IMG/VR virus record: IMGVR_UViG_3300046313_000435 | Span: 1-51,616 of that record | Length of the DNA: 51,616 nt | DNA from: a virus | Lineage: Duplodnaviria; Caudoviricetes | Reading direction: 5' to 3' (one strand) | The notes under the pieces: generated by a model | Seen by the model: only the letters and a program-made list of their open reading frames with translations | Told to the model about the DNA's origin: nothing | Databases searched by the model: none | Part shown: positions 8,626 to 17,145 of the stretch, one piece after another | How the letters are laid out: each line of letters opens with the position of its first letter | Position numbering within the stretch: position 1 is the first letter of the stretch | Translations under genes and position numbers: made by a program

Positions 8626-9215
8626 CTTTAAGTAAGCACACACTAGGAATAGCACTCGCAGGAATACGAAGCTCAGTTTGCGATTACGACCCCGGGGAGC
8701 GTGTTGTCGACTTTCAGACGATGTGCGATGCCGCGGAAGCAGAGATAGTAGAGGAGTTGAATCGAGATAGTGATAACGGTCCTCGTGTTTGGATGTCTCT
8801 TGAATGCTACGAGGAGATATTCAAAGAGATCGACCGGCTTCGTGACTACGACATGATGTACGGGCCACCTGCGGGCGAGCCGATAGGAATGGCGAAGCTG
8901 ATTGCAGAGCAGAAGCCCATAGGCCCAGAGCTTGCAAAGCACTCTAGCGAGGTGGTCGACGAGCTTTTGAAGGCCGACCATATTGTTGACGCCACGAAAA
9001 AGGTAGAGACGCCGGAGTCCCGAGAAGCGTGGGCTGCTTTCGAAAAGCTCGTAGAGGATTCGGAGCCCGAGGAGACGCCGGAGGAGGCTGCGGAGAGGTA
9101 CGCGGATGAGTTTTGGGACGAGGAAGTCAATCAGTATAACGAGCTGATGCGGGCTTGTGGTGTTAGCGGGTGGCTCGCCGGAGTCCGCTGGGCTGAAGAG
9201 AGGAGCAAGAAATGA
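8580..9215 (+). CDS. acidic hypothetical protein
   Basis: Operonic; start probably MTLSK (ATGA overlap at 8622). Confidence 0.6.
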   Translation: MDRGNSEDKGGSEEMTLSKHTLGIALAGIRSSVCDYDPGERVVDFQTMCDAAEAEIVEELNRDSDNGPRVWMSLECYEEIFKEIDRLRDYDMMYGPPAGEPIGMAKLIAEQKPIGPELAKHSSEVVDELLKADHIVDATKKVETPESREAWAAFEKLVEDSEPEETPEEAAERYADEFWDEEVNQYNELMRACGVSGWLAGVRWAEERSKK

Positions 9216-9487
9216 CCACCGAGACCACCGACTACCACACAATCTGCACGCCGCAAACAAGCAAAGCCGACCGCCGACTACTCGACATCGGTGACATATA
9301 CTCCAACGCCGCAAAATGCCTATCCTGCGGAGAGGTAGTACGCTCCAGAAACAGGCACGACTTCCGAATCTGCTCCTGTGGCACTCTTACCGTTGACGGC
9401 GGCAGTTGGTACGCAAAGCGAATCGGCGACCCGGCGAAGTGGGAGAATATGGTGGTTTACTTTGATGATGCTAAGGAGGCAACGTGA
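9212..9487 (+). CDS. conserved phage Zn-ribbon protein
   Basis: NAAKCxxC...SRNRHDF..CSCG...VDGG pattern, common in phages. Confidence 0.7.
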   Translation: MTTETTDYHTICTPQTSKADRRLLDIGDIYSNAAKCLSCGEVVRSRNRHDFRICSCGTLTVDGGSWYAKRIGDPAKWENMVVYFDDAKEAT

Positions 9488-9795
9488 AACTAAGAGCAGC
9501 GACGAAGAAAGACGCAATGAAAGTACCGAAGGAAAGACCATCGAGGCATCAAGAGCCCCCAGTAATTCCCGACCGCCAAAAGACTCACGGCGAATGGAAG
9601 TGGCAAGCAACAATGGACGAGGTAATAATGCAGTCGTTTCACGCAAGCCCCAACTGGATAAGGTTATCGCCGAGTCAGAAGTCGGCCCTGCGGATGATAT
9701 CGACGAAGCTCTCCCGCATTCTCGTTGGCGATGCCAGCTTCAAAGACCACTGGGCCGACATTGCGGGCTATTGCGAGAGGGTGATTGAGCCGTGA
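9484..9795 (+). CDS. DUF6378-like protein
   Basis: R..THG...ALxMIxxKLSRILxGD...DHWxDIAGY. Confidence 0.7.
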   Translation: MKLRAATKKDAMKVPKERPSRHQEPPVIPDRQKTHGEWKWQATMDEVIMQSFHASPNWIRLSPSQKSALRMISTKLSRILVGDASFKDHWADIAGYCERVIEP

Positions 9796-10088
9796 CCCCA
9801 GACAGCCTTAACCCCGACAAGGTGCGGTACTACGTTGAGAAAGGATTGCTTTCGAAACGCATCGACCAACAGCCCGAGAGATTACTGTCGGAGCTTGTGA
9901 TGCCACCACGCACTATAGCGTTTGCCATACTTGAGGACTGCCGGCTATCGGATGTGTACAACGAGGAGATGGCTGAAGAGTTCGCGAAAGAGTTGCTCGT
10001 TAATCGCGAGTATTACCGAGTTACAATCAGGGCGAGCGAAGTGGACGAATGGGCTAGGGAATGGAGGTTTGATAGAGGGATATGCTGA
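9792..10088 (+). CDS. hypothetical protein, tandem paralog A
   Basis: Aligns end to end with 10082..10378. Confidence 0.7.
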   Translation: MTPDSLNPDKVRYYVEKGLLSKRIDQQPERLLSELVMPPRTIAFAILEDCRLSDVYNEEMAEEFAKELLVNREYYRVTIRASEVDEWAREWRFDRGIC

Positions 10089-10378
10089 CTAACAGCCTCG
10101 ACCCCAACCGTGTGCGGTACTACGTTCAGATAGGGTTAATCTTAAAACGTATCGACGAGACGGAGAGAATACTTGCAGACCTTGGGCTGCCACCACGGGG
10201 AATAGCCCTTGCGATACTGGAAGACTGTAGGCTTTCCGATGTGCACAATGAGGCGATGGCTGAAGAATTTACAAAAGAGCTGGGCGTTAGTGGCGAGTAT
10301 CACAGGGTAACGATTACGGCGAAGGAAGTTGACGGATGGGCTTTTGCGTGGAGGTGCTATAAAGGCTATGACGACTAA
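10082..10378 (+). CDS. hypothetical protein, tandem paralog B
   Basis: Shares VRYYV, AILEDCRLSDV.NE.MAEEF and Y.RVTI.A.EVD.WA with paralog A. Confidence 0.7.
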   Translation: MLTNSLDPNRVRYYVQIGLILKRIDETERILADLGLPPRGIALAILEDCRLSDVHNEAMAEEFTKELGVSGEYHRVTITAKEVDGWAFAWRCYKGYDD

Positions 10379-10982
10379 CGAAGAATACCAAGAGGCAATG
10401 AAAAAGCTGGAGGACTGGCACAAGTATACTGGGTACGTTCAACCGCTGCTTGATACGATAAAAGGAAGGGTCGCATACCTCGAGGGCAAGGTGGCGAGGT
10501 ATGAACGCCCAGAGTCAGGCCCCCATACTTACCGCGAGGAATTTTTCGTGCAAGCCGTCGATAACTTCGTTGAAGGTCTTACCACGACTAGTGATCAAGG
10601 TGGAGTCACTGTGGTCAAAAATCTGTCCTATCCATTCCAGGCCATTTGCCCGAGTGCTATTCAAATCCAGGGACATCCAGAGACTCTGCTCGGTACAACG
10701 GCTAGTGAGAGTGGAAAGCTTGGTAGCGGTGATGCTGTTGAGGGCGGGCGGAGTAGCCATTACATTCCCTTGTATGATGGTAGGCTTCACGTCGATTATC
10801 TCAGGAAGCTCCTTGAGAGGATACGTCTTGACACGGAGTGGGAGCGGAATCTCGCTTATGAACGTGACGAAGAGCAACTCACCGGGACAGGCTTTGAGCA
10901 GCTCGCACACTCTAAAAGAATCTGGCAGCTCGATGCGGTGTGGGACTTTGTTAAGCGGTATAACGCGGCACTGGGGAAGTAA
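10329..10982 (+). CDS. hypothetical protein
   Basis: Last ORF before a hairpin; start probably MTTNEEY at 10368 after GGAGGT. Confidence 0.6.
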   Translation: MTDGLLRGGAIKAMTTNEEYQEAMKKLEDWHKYTGYVQPLLDTIKGRVAYLEGKVARYERPESGPHTYREEFFVQAVDNFVEGLTTTSDQGGVTVVKNLSYPFQAICPSAIQIQGHPETLLGTTASESGKLGSGDAVEGGRSSHYIPLYDGRLHVDYLRKLLERIRLDTEWERNLAYERDEEQLTGTGFEQLAHSKRIWQLDAVWDFVKRYNAALGK

Positions 10983-10995
10983 GAATAGTTTTTGA

Positions 10996-11036
10996 GCCTG
11001 AAAGCGGTGGGTGCCTCCGCTGCTTTCAGGCACTTT
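10996..11036 (+). terminator. putative terminator hairpin
   Basis: GCCTGAAAGC...GCTTTCAGGC inverted repeat after a stop codon; the U-tract is weak. Confidence 0.5.
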
Positions 11037-11158
11037 CGAACGTGTGGCCCCGAGCGTACAATTCGGGGCTTTAGAATGCTTTTTTGCAGAATAAATGTAG
11101 GGTAAGTACCTGTAATCATTGGCGGCCTATTCCTAAGTAAAGAAAGTATTCTTTTCTG

Positions 11159-11188
11159 TTGACACTGATAGGCGTTTCGTGCGAATCT
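11159..11188 (+). promoter_or_regulatory. Early promoter
   Basis: TATTCTTTTCTG-TTGACAC...GTGC-GAATCT with an 18-nt spacer. Confidence 0.55.
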
Positions 11189-11241
11189 TAATGAATAGAA
11201 GGTAGCGATTAACGCTACCGCGAATGATGAGGCACAACAAA

Positions 11242-11490
11242 ATGACAACTACTCTTAACACACGAAAATACTCAGCACCAGAATACGACGGTTTCCAAAC
11301 AGCCCCCGAGATACTTCAGGCAATCGAGACCGTAGCAGGTGACGATATTTTAGCCGATTCTGTCGCTCGCAAAATCTGGACAGCTCCAACACAGGAGCAA
11401 GCTAACGCAGTTTACAAGATTGCGTTTTCGTTCACCGAGGAATCAGAGCTGTCTTGGGGAACTGAGAACGTTATCCGAATAGGAGTGTAA
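11242..11490 (+). CDS. hypothetical protein
   Basis: GAGGCACAACAAA-ATG at 11242, in the frame of track ORF 11224..11490. Confidence 0.65.
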   Translation: MTTTLNTRKYSAPEYDGFQTAPEILQAIETVAGDDILADSVARKIWTAPTQEQANAVYKIAFSFTEESELSWGTENVIRIGV

Positions 11491-11616
11491 CGACTAAGAG
11501 GGGCTGAAAGGCCCCAATGCAGGAGGCAAAATGATTACCTACGAATTTCTAGAAGAGTTTACCCTAACCATCATCACGGGCCTCTGCCTGGTGTTGTTTG
11601 TTGTGGACAGGATGCT

Positions 11617-11913
11617 ATGACCACCCAAGGCCCCTCATCAGTCCCCCGCCACATCGCCTCTGCGATAGCCACCCTCACGATGCCCTCAAGGTTCGAGTGC
11701 TTCATTCGAGCTTACGGTGACGGCGAGAGGGCACGATTTGAGTGGGAGGGCTCTCTTCCGCAAAGGGAAGAAACGAGAGATAGGGAGCAGGCTCAGAAGG
11801 CTATCGATTCCGCTCGGGCAGTGTGTGCCGAGAACGGCTGGGAGTGGGGCGAGGTGGAGAAGTTGGCGAGAGAGTTATACCCGCAGTTGTTTAAGGAGGA
11901 GCGTGGAAAGTAG
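11617..11913 (+). CDS. hypothetical protein
   Basis: Operonic ORF. Confidence 0.55.
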   Translation: MTTQGPSSVPRHIASAIATLTMPSRFECFIRAYGDGERARFEWEGSLPQREETRDREQAQKAIDSARAVCAENGWEWGEVEKLARELYPQLFKEERGK

Positions 11914-12079
11914 GTGGATTAAATGCAGCGATAGGATGCCGGAGAAGCCTGGGTATTACCTAACGTGGGACGGCCATAGTCGTCATGTAACCATCTTTGC
12001 CGAGTATACAGGCTGGCTACGCCTTCCCAGCATCACCCACTGGAGGCCCCTACCGGAGGCACTGATATGTACTCCGTAA
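11903..12079 (+). CDS. DUF551-like protein
   Basis: GTG after AAGGAGG; WIKCSDRMP...ITHWRPLPE. Confidence 0.75.
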   Translation: MESRWIKCSDRMPEKPGYYLTWDGHSRHVTIFAEYTGWLRLPSITHWRPLPEALICTP

Positions 12080-12489
12080 GTCAGCTTGAAGACTTCGGTC
12101 TCTATCAACAATGGGGCGAGCAGCATAAGTACAAGCTCACGCCCGAAGGTAAATGGCTTACCGCCGACAGCAAAAATGCAGCTCTTGAAATGGCCCAGGA
12201 GGCCGCAGTCCGCAACCGAGACAAACTACGAACTGCGAGCCAACGATATGACGACGCGAACGCCCGAGAGTTAATCGAGTCACATGAGAAGTGGGGCGGG
12301 TTAACTGATGAGCAGTTAAGAACGATCATCGAGAGAGACGCCCGAGAGGCCAAGGCGTTGCAGAACAATCGTGAGATAATCGACGGCAGATATCGTAGGA
12401 CCAGTGCAGCAACTGCCAACCAAGGAGCGAGAGAGTCGTTTGAAGTGGTGCAAAAAATGAAACGATACTTGGAGGCCCGTGTTCCATAA
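12067..12489 (+). CDS. hypothetical protein
   Basis: GGAGG RBS; operonic. Confidence 0.6.
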   Translation: MYSVSQLEDFGLYQQWGEQHKYKLTPEGKWLTADSKNAALEMAQEAAVRNRDKLRTASQRYDDANARELIESHEKWGGLTDEQLRTIIERDAREAKALQNNREIIDGRYRRTSAATANQGARESFEVVQKMKRYLEARVP

Positions 12490-12913
12490 CATCCCCACCG
12501 TAGTATTAAGAGAAGTCGTCGCCCAATACCGCCGCCCCATAGAGGCTCTAAAGATTGTCAGCGGTCAGGAGGAAGCAGCCCGCTATCTTCAAAAGATTGT
12601 GGACAGTAACCCACGAGAGCACTTTATAGTTCTGCACCTGGACGTTAAGAACCAAGTCGTGAGTTATAGTGTTACCGCCATCGGCACCCTCGATGCCTGC
12701 CTCGTACACCCCCGCGAGATTTTCCAGTCGGCGATACTGGCAGGAGCTTCAAGTATTATTATCGGGCACAATCACCCCTCGGGAATATTGGAGCCATCGA
12801 GGGAAGATATCGCAGTGACGCGAAGGCTCAAAGAGGTTGGGGAGATACTGGGCATCAGGGTCGTCGATAGCTTGATTGTCGGGCAGGAAGGGTTTACCAG
12901 CATAATGCACTAA
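12479..12913 (+). CDS. radC: RadC-family JAB domain protein
   Basis: REHF...GTLDACLVHPREIF...HNHPSG..EPSRED...VVDSLIVG. Confidence 0.9.
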   Translation: MFHNIPTVVLREVVAQYRRPIEALKIVSGQEEAARYLQKIVDSNPREHFIVLHLDVKNQVVSYSVTAIGTLDACLVHPREIFQSAILAGASSIIIGHNHPSGILEPSREDIAVTRRLKEVGEILGIRVVDSLIVGQEGFTSIMH

Positions 12914-12921
12914 GGAGAGGC

Positions 12922-13161
12922 ATGAGAACAGAAAGCATAAGCGGCTGGATTGCCGCACACGACCACCTCCCCGGCTTCAACCGCATGGTAAAGATTAGCA
13001 GTCAGGCAAGAGGATGCCCAAAGATAACCGAGGTTAAGGCAGAAGAAGCTTCGCTTTCGCAGTGTGGTAACTGGCTTGTGTGGGGCTTCGATGCGGAGGG
13101 AAAGCGGGCAATCATTCGAGAGTACAACCTCTATTTGATTACCCACTGGAGAGCGATTTAA
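12922..13161 (+). CDS. hypothetical protein
   Basis: AGGAGAGG RBS. Confidence 0.6.
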   Translation: MRTESISGWIAAHDHLPGFNRMVKISSQARGCPKITEVKAEEASLSQCGNWLVWGFDAEGKRAIIREYNLYLITHWRAI

Positions 13162-13175
13162 CCTATTCTTTTTTG

Positions 13176-13205
13176 TTGACACGCGGTAGTGATTCGCGCT
13201 ATTGT
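13176..13205 (+). promoter_or_regulatory. Early promoter
   Basis: TATTCTTTTTTG-TTGACA-N18-TATTGT. Confidence 0.7.
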
Positions 13206-13262
13206 CATTTTGTTGAGTGAGTCGAAAGCATTCAACGAAACAAACGTTAACTTTGGAGGCAT

Positions 13263-13531
13263 ATGATAAATCCAGTCGAAGCAGCAAAGGCAATCAAAGC
13301 AGAGCTCAAAGCAAAGTATCCAACACGGAAATTTTCCGTACGAAGCGAACGCTTCTCAATGGGCAACTCGGTTAACGTGGTCTGTGATGAAGAGATTCTT
13401 GCACAGGTTCGCGACTCATCGAGAAGTATGAGTATGGAGCTTATGACGCTATGCAGGATCTAGCGTACTCAGTTCACAATCCCAACCTACCACAAGCCAA
13501 GTATGTATCTGCATACGTCTGGAGCAAGTAA
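13263..13531 (+). pseudogene. LPD29-like protein with a single-base frameshift at about 13414
   Basis: AAKAIKAELKAKYP..KFSVRSERFSMGNSVNV continues in another frame as LIEKYEYGAYDAMQDLAY...LPQAKYVSAYVWSK*. Confidence 0.6.
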
Positions 13532-13587
13532 CGGACTACCGCCGGGGGCTCGAAAGGCCCTCGGCCCTAAAGACTACAAGGCACACC

Positions 13588-13845
13588 ATGACAACCAAAT
13601 ACCCCGACCTGCAATACCATACCGAATCGGGCTACCTGTTCGCCGAGCTACCGCCAGAGTGGAGCGAGCCGCTTTACTTTGATGACTATACCGATGTCCC
13701 CGAAGATACGGCCAAGGAGATTGCAGGCTGGCTTGAGCGACAAGGCCCCAATCTCACCATTCGATTCTACGAGGATGCGGACCCCACCGCCGCCGATGGT
13801 TCGCGAGATAACTATGTCTATTGGTTCACGAGGGCACAATCATGA
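13588..13845 (+). CDS. hypothetical protein
   Basis: AAGGCACACC-ATG; operonic. Confidence 0.6.
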   Translation: MTTKYPDLQYHTESGYLFAELPPEWSEPLYFDDYTDVPEDTAKEIAGWLERQGPNLTIRFYEDADPTAADGSRDNYVYWFTRAQS

Positions 13846-14081
13846 GCATCTTTACCTGCAATGCCTGCCACCAAGATGTAGACTCCGACAACTTCCCCTA
13901 CGAGCTCGTCAGGATTAACACCCGACAGCTTTGCATCGATGATAGACCAATCTGCGAAACGTGTTTGATGGAGTTGGTTGAGGCAGTCCGAGATGGGAGC
14001 GGGAAGGACTTTGAGTACTGGGACTGCATGAAGGATGAATACGTCTCGGTCTTGAAGCTGATTAACGAAAACAAACTTTAA
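13821..14081 (+). CDS. Zn-binding hypothetical protein
   Basis: CNAC...CETC; start probably MSIF at 13842 (ATGA overlap). Confidence 0.6.
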   Translation: MVHEGTIMSIFTCNACHQDVDSDNFPYELVRINTRQLCIDDRPICETCLMELVEAVRDGSGKDFEYWDCMKDEYVSVLKLINENKL

Positions 14082-14090
14082 CGACTACAG

Positions 14091-14111
14091 GGCTCCTTCG
14101 GGAGCCTTTTT
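14091..14111 (+). terminator. rho-independent terminator ending the early region
   Basis: GGCTCC-TTCG-GGAGCC followed by TTTTT, at the convergence of the two transcription directions. Confidence 0.8.
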
Positions 14112-14142
14112 CCTTTGTAACGCTATATAGCACCGCCCTGAA

Positions 14143-15144
14143 TCACTTTGCCGGAACGGGTTCAAACAGGACTCGTTCCGCTTTATTACACCAAAAGAAC
14201 CTGAGCCACCAAGCACCCAAGACGTGGGGACGGAACCCCATCTGGACGGCCCAACCTTCTGAGCCTTCTTTGATATCATCCTTGTAGGACGGTATCCCGA
14301 GGTGCAGCTGCTCGTCGTGGTAAACGTGCCCATTTCTCCCGAGTCTCAACCTTGCAACTGTCTGATTGTAAAACGTGTGACTGTGGCCTGTCATGAGAAT
14401 GTCGGCATCGGGAACGAAGGATGCTCTACGCTCATGCGCGTTAAGGTTGGCCGACGCCTTTCCTGAGCTACTGCCGTGATGATAGTTGGCGATAACCTCA
14501 GATGACCGTCTACCGTCGTAGCAGAAGTTAAACATCAGAAAGCCGGAGTACCCGGCGTTGTGAATGCTAGAACCGGTTTTTGAATTCAACAGAGCGACTA
14601 TCCGTTCCGTGATGTTTATTTCGGACCTCTTGAGGATAGAGGTCTCATGGTTACCCATCGCCAGGCCGATTATGTTGTGGGCATATGGCTCGAACCATTC
14701 CGCTGCACCCTCTGCGATGGCGTCAAAGTAATGGGGAACGTTATACTCTGACCGCATCGTTCCTTTTTCGCCCCGAGGATCGCTTCGCCCGTGTAAAATG
14801 TCAGCGAGGTCTCCGTTATCGAATACAGCCGCCCCCCGTTCTACCGCTTGATCGAGATGCTTCTTTTGCAATGCCCTATTGCTCTTCGGGCTATCCCAGT
14901 GGCGATCCGAAGACACGAGACACCACCACTCCCAGTCTTTTGATCTTGAGCATGGGACGTTAACTCTGAAGACGTTCTTACTTAGTCTGTCAGTTGTCCA
15001 CGTTATCTTTTTGCTTCCGGTACCCAAGCCGCCAGAGGATTTTGGTAAGGTCGGTTGCGACGGCTTCGATCCATTCTTCGCTTTTTGTCCAGTCGGACGC
15101 GTGGAGGATTTCGTGGATGGTCGTGTCGAGCGTTTGCTTCTCAC
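14143..15144 (-). CDS. calcineurin-like metallophosphoesterase
   Basis: DRH, GDLAD, GNHE, HHG and GHSH motifs; start uncertain. Confidence 0.85.
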   Translation of the reverse strand: MRSKRSTRPSTKSSTRPTGQKAKNGSKPSQPTLPKSSGGLGTGSKKITWTTDRLSKNVFRVNVPCSRSKDWEWWCLVSSDRHWDSPKSNRALQKKHLDQAVERGAAVFDNGDLADILHGRSDPRGEKGTMRSEYNVPHYFDAIAEGAAEWFEPYAHNIIGLAMGNHETSILKRSEINITERIVALLNSKTGSSIHNAGYSGFLMFNFCYDGRRSSEVIANYHHGSSSGKASANLNAHERRASFVPDADILMTGHSHTFYNQTVARLRLGRNGHVYHDEQLHLGIPSYKDDIKEGSEGWAVQMGFRPHVLGAWWLRFFWCNKAERVLFEPVPAK

Positions 15145-15271
15145 TCAGTCCTTTTCGGATGCGGATAACCCGCCCAGGCTCGTTGGGGTCTTCGCAGTTG
15201 CCGAGGGTATTCTTTCCCAGATAGGGAACGAACCGGACCTCATACCTTCTTCCCAAGATGGTGACATGCAT
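14990..15271 (-). CDS. small HExxH zincin-like metallopeptidase
   Basis: LGNC...IRI...TTIHEILHA...EE. Confidence 0.75.
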   Translation of the reverse strand: MHVTILGRRYEVRFVPYLGKNTLGNCEDPNEPGRVIRIRKGLSEKQTLDTTIHEILHASDWTKSEEWIEAVATDLTKILWRLGYRKQKDNVDN

Positions 15272-15445
15272 ACCCTGCCCTTGAGGCTAAGGGTAACACG
15301 AGACGGGGAGGGCCTGGCTAGTAGGGAAAGTTACCCTTTCTTTTTCCACCCCCTGGACACTTGGCGACTCACAATCCGGGTCAGCAAAGGGCCGTACATG
15401 CTCGAATACGCAGGCACTGCCCCGCAACCCTTATTTTCAGAAACG

Positions 15446-15473
15446 AAAAAAGCCCAGGAATTTCCTGAGCTTT
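15446..15473 (-). terminator. terminator downstream of the tRNA fragment
   Basis: Minus strand AAAGCTCAGGA-AAT-TCCTGGGCTTTTTT. Confidence 0.6.
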
Positions 15474-15498
15474 CTTGCCGGTGCGACCGGATGCTTAG

Positions 15499-15547
15499 CT
15501 CCCCCGGGTGGGCTCGAACCACCGACACACGGATTAACAGTCCGTTG
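15499..15547 (-). pseudogene. 3' half of tRNA-Asn(GTT), att core
   Basis: Minus strand ACGGA-CTGTTAA-TCCGT, GTGTC, GGTGG-TTCGAGC-CCACC, CGGGGGA-G; the D arm and 5' acceptor strand are absent. Confidence 0.85.
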
Positions 15548-15607
15548 TGGCGTACCAAAAACTGAGGAAAAAGCAGTATAGCAGAGAAGGGCGACTCATA
15601 ATCCGGG

Positions 15608-16759
15608 TCAGCCTGTTTTTTTCGGATTTGTTGCCTTGCCGAACGCATCGCTTGAGATCATTAGGTAATGGTCTTCAGAGACTTGGACGCTATGGCCCAC
15701 CCAAGATGACACGGCATGAGCAGGACAACCCAGGTCAATCATGTGCGTTTCGAAGCTACGACGAAGGGTTTGAAAAGCATCCTCCCACATATCCAGCCCC
15801 GCCTTCTCAACGATCTTTGGCAGCTTCCTCCGCACGTTGGAGTACGAGGTTTCCACCACCAGGTCCCCCGTAGCGGCATCTTTAGCAGCAAGAAGTATCG
15901 GGAAGAGCTCCGCAACGATGGGGCAAACCCGCTCTTTGGTTTTGCCGGCGGCAATTCTAATGCTCTTCTTTTCCAGGTTGATGTCGGTCCAGGAAAGGGT
16001 GAACAGCTCCGATGGCACCCTAAGGCCCGCATACCGCCCAAGGCCAACGATAACCCGCCAGGGTAGGCTAGGACATGCCTTGATAAGCTTAATCGCATCC
16101 TCGGGCGTTACATAGTGCCTGACCGATGCCGCTACCGCCGTTGTCTTTAGCTTTCGGCAGGGGTTAACCTCAATCCACTCAAGGTCGCAGGCGTAATCAA
16201 AGAGCTGCTTAGCGTATCGGTTCAGGGTCCGGGCGTAGGCAAGGCTTCCACCGGTCTCGAATACCCAGGACTCAAACGCCGAAGCATCGGCTACGGTAAA
16301 GGACTCCACGGCTTTTGACTCCCCGAACTTCTCCACGAGCTTACCGAGGCTCTGACTCAGTTTACCAATGGACCTGTTCGCCAATGATGGGGTCTTCAAT
16401 CTGGTAAACCGCTCAATGAGCATTTTTAGAGAGTGTTTTCCGTCGCCCTTTTTCGCCCTTGCCGCTGTTAACCCAATGGTAATCAGCCGATCAAGAAGAA
16501 CGTCCCCGTCCGGTAGGCTGCCGAGCCATGAAGCCACTTCGCTATCCGGCGAGTTACCCGATAGTTTACAGGCAGCAAGGTGCTCCACTCTTCGTAGGAT
16601 GGTTTCGGCTTGCTTCTTCGGGGTTCGCCCCAATCTTATTTTTGGGCGAGCATTGCCGATCACAACCATTATCACCCGCAACCCGTCCGCACTTGTACTC
16701 AATGAGGCCATCTTGTTTTCCTTGGTTCGCAAAAAGAAATGCGGGCGGCAACTTGCCAC
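15608..16759 (-). CDS. int: tyrosine integrase
   Basis: GLRVPSE (R), K, QTLRRSF (variant HxxR), WVGHS, HY catalytic Tyr; probable start MASLSTS. Confidence 0.9.
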   Translation of the reverse strand: MASCRPHFFLRTKENKMASLSTSADGLRVIMVVIGNARPKIRLGRTPKKQAETILRRVEHLAACKLSGNSPDSEVASWLGSLPDGDVLLDRLITIGLTAARAKKGDGKHSLKMLIERFTRLKTPSLANRSIGKLSQSLGKLVEKFGESKAVESFTVADASAFESWVFETGGSLAYARTLNRYAKQLFDYACDLEWIEVNPCRKLKTTAVAASVRHYVTPEDAIKLIKACPSLPWRVIVGLGRYAGLRVPSELFTLSWTDINLEKKSIRIAAGKTKERVCPIVAELFPILLAAKDAATGDLVVETSYSNVRRKLPKIVEKAGLDMWEDAFQTLRRSFETHMIDLGCPAHAVSSWVGHSVQVSEDHYLMISSDAFGKATNPKKTG

Positions 16760-16791
16760 CCGCTTGAATGAACTTTAGGGCGTTACCCTTG

Positions 16792-17145
16792 CTAGGCAAC
16801 GTACTGCTCTTCTTCGCAGTAGTTCAGCATCACGTCATCAACCAACATCGAAGCAAGTTGTGCCGCGAGGCTTCTTTTGAAAAACTCTGCCTTATCGCGA
16901 TAAGGCTGTGGGATCTGCTCATAATCGACCAGCCGCGAGAGCAGGAGGTCGCCTAGCCGCCCCTCGCTGACATGCTCCTTTAGCAGCTCATGGGCTTTGG
17001 CTGCCAAAATTCGAGCAAAGGTCATCTCGGGCAATAGCCCCCGCTCTTCTGCCGCTTTCCATAGCTGTGCATGGTCCGCATGAATCTCATCGAGCCCTGC
17101 CTCAAATGCCGAGCGTACACCAATCCAATCAATAATACTTGTCAT
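16792..17145 (-). CDS. hypothetical protein (N-terminus similar to 17404..17838)
   Basis: ATGA coupling with the upstream gene; shared W..V...F..GL.E...K.AE..G...AR.L pattern. Confidence 0.6.
   Translation of the reverse strand: MTSIIDWIGVRSAFEAGLDEIHADHAQLWKAAEERGLLPEMTFARILAAKAHELLKEHVSEGRLGDLLLSRLVDYEQIPQPYRDKAEFFKRSLAAQLASMLVDDVMLNYCEEEQYVA

Larger units (their letters stand above)
15363..15612. mobile_element. attP-like site: tRNA-Asn core flanked by 23-bp arm-type direct repeats
   Basis: GGCGACTCACAATCCGGGTCAGC (15363-15385) and GGCGACTCATAATCCGGGTCAGC (15590-15612) flank a tRNA 3' half directly downstream of the integrase. Confidence 0.75.

Noticed and set aside
14879-15565. 228-aa plus-strand ORF and other long antisense ORFs (e.g. 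8673..9314, 38813..39328, 48184..48843)
   Set aside because: Shadows of well-supported genes on the opposite strand, or spanning the att site, with no motifs.
15499-15575. Complete tRNA-Asn gene
   Set aside because: The 5' acceptor strand and D arm are missing, so it is an att core fragment.
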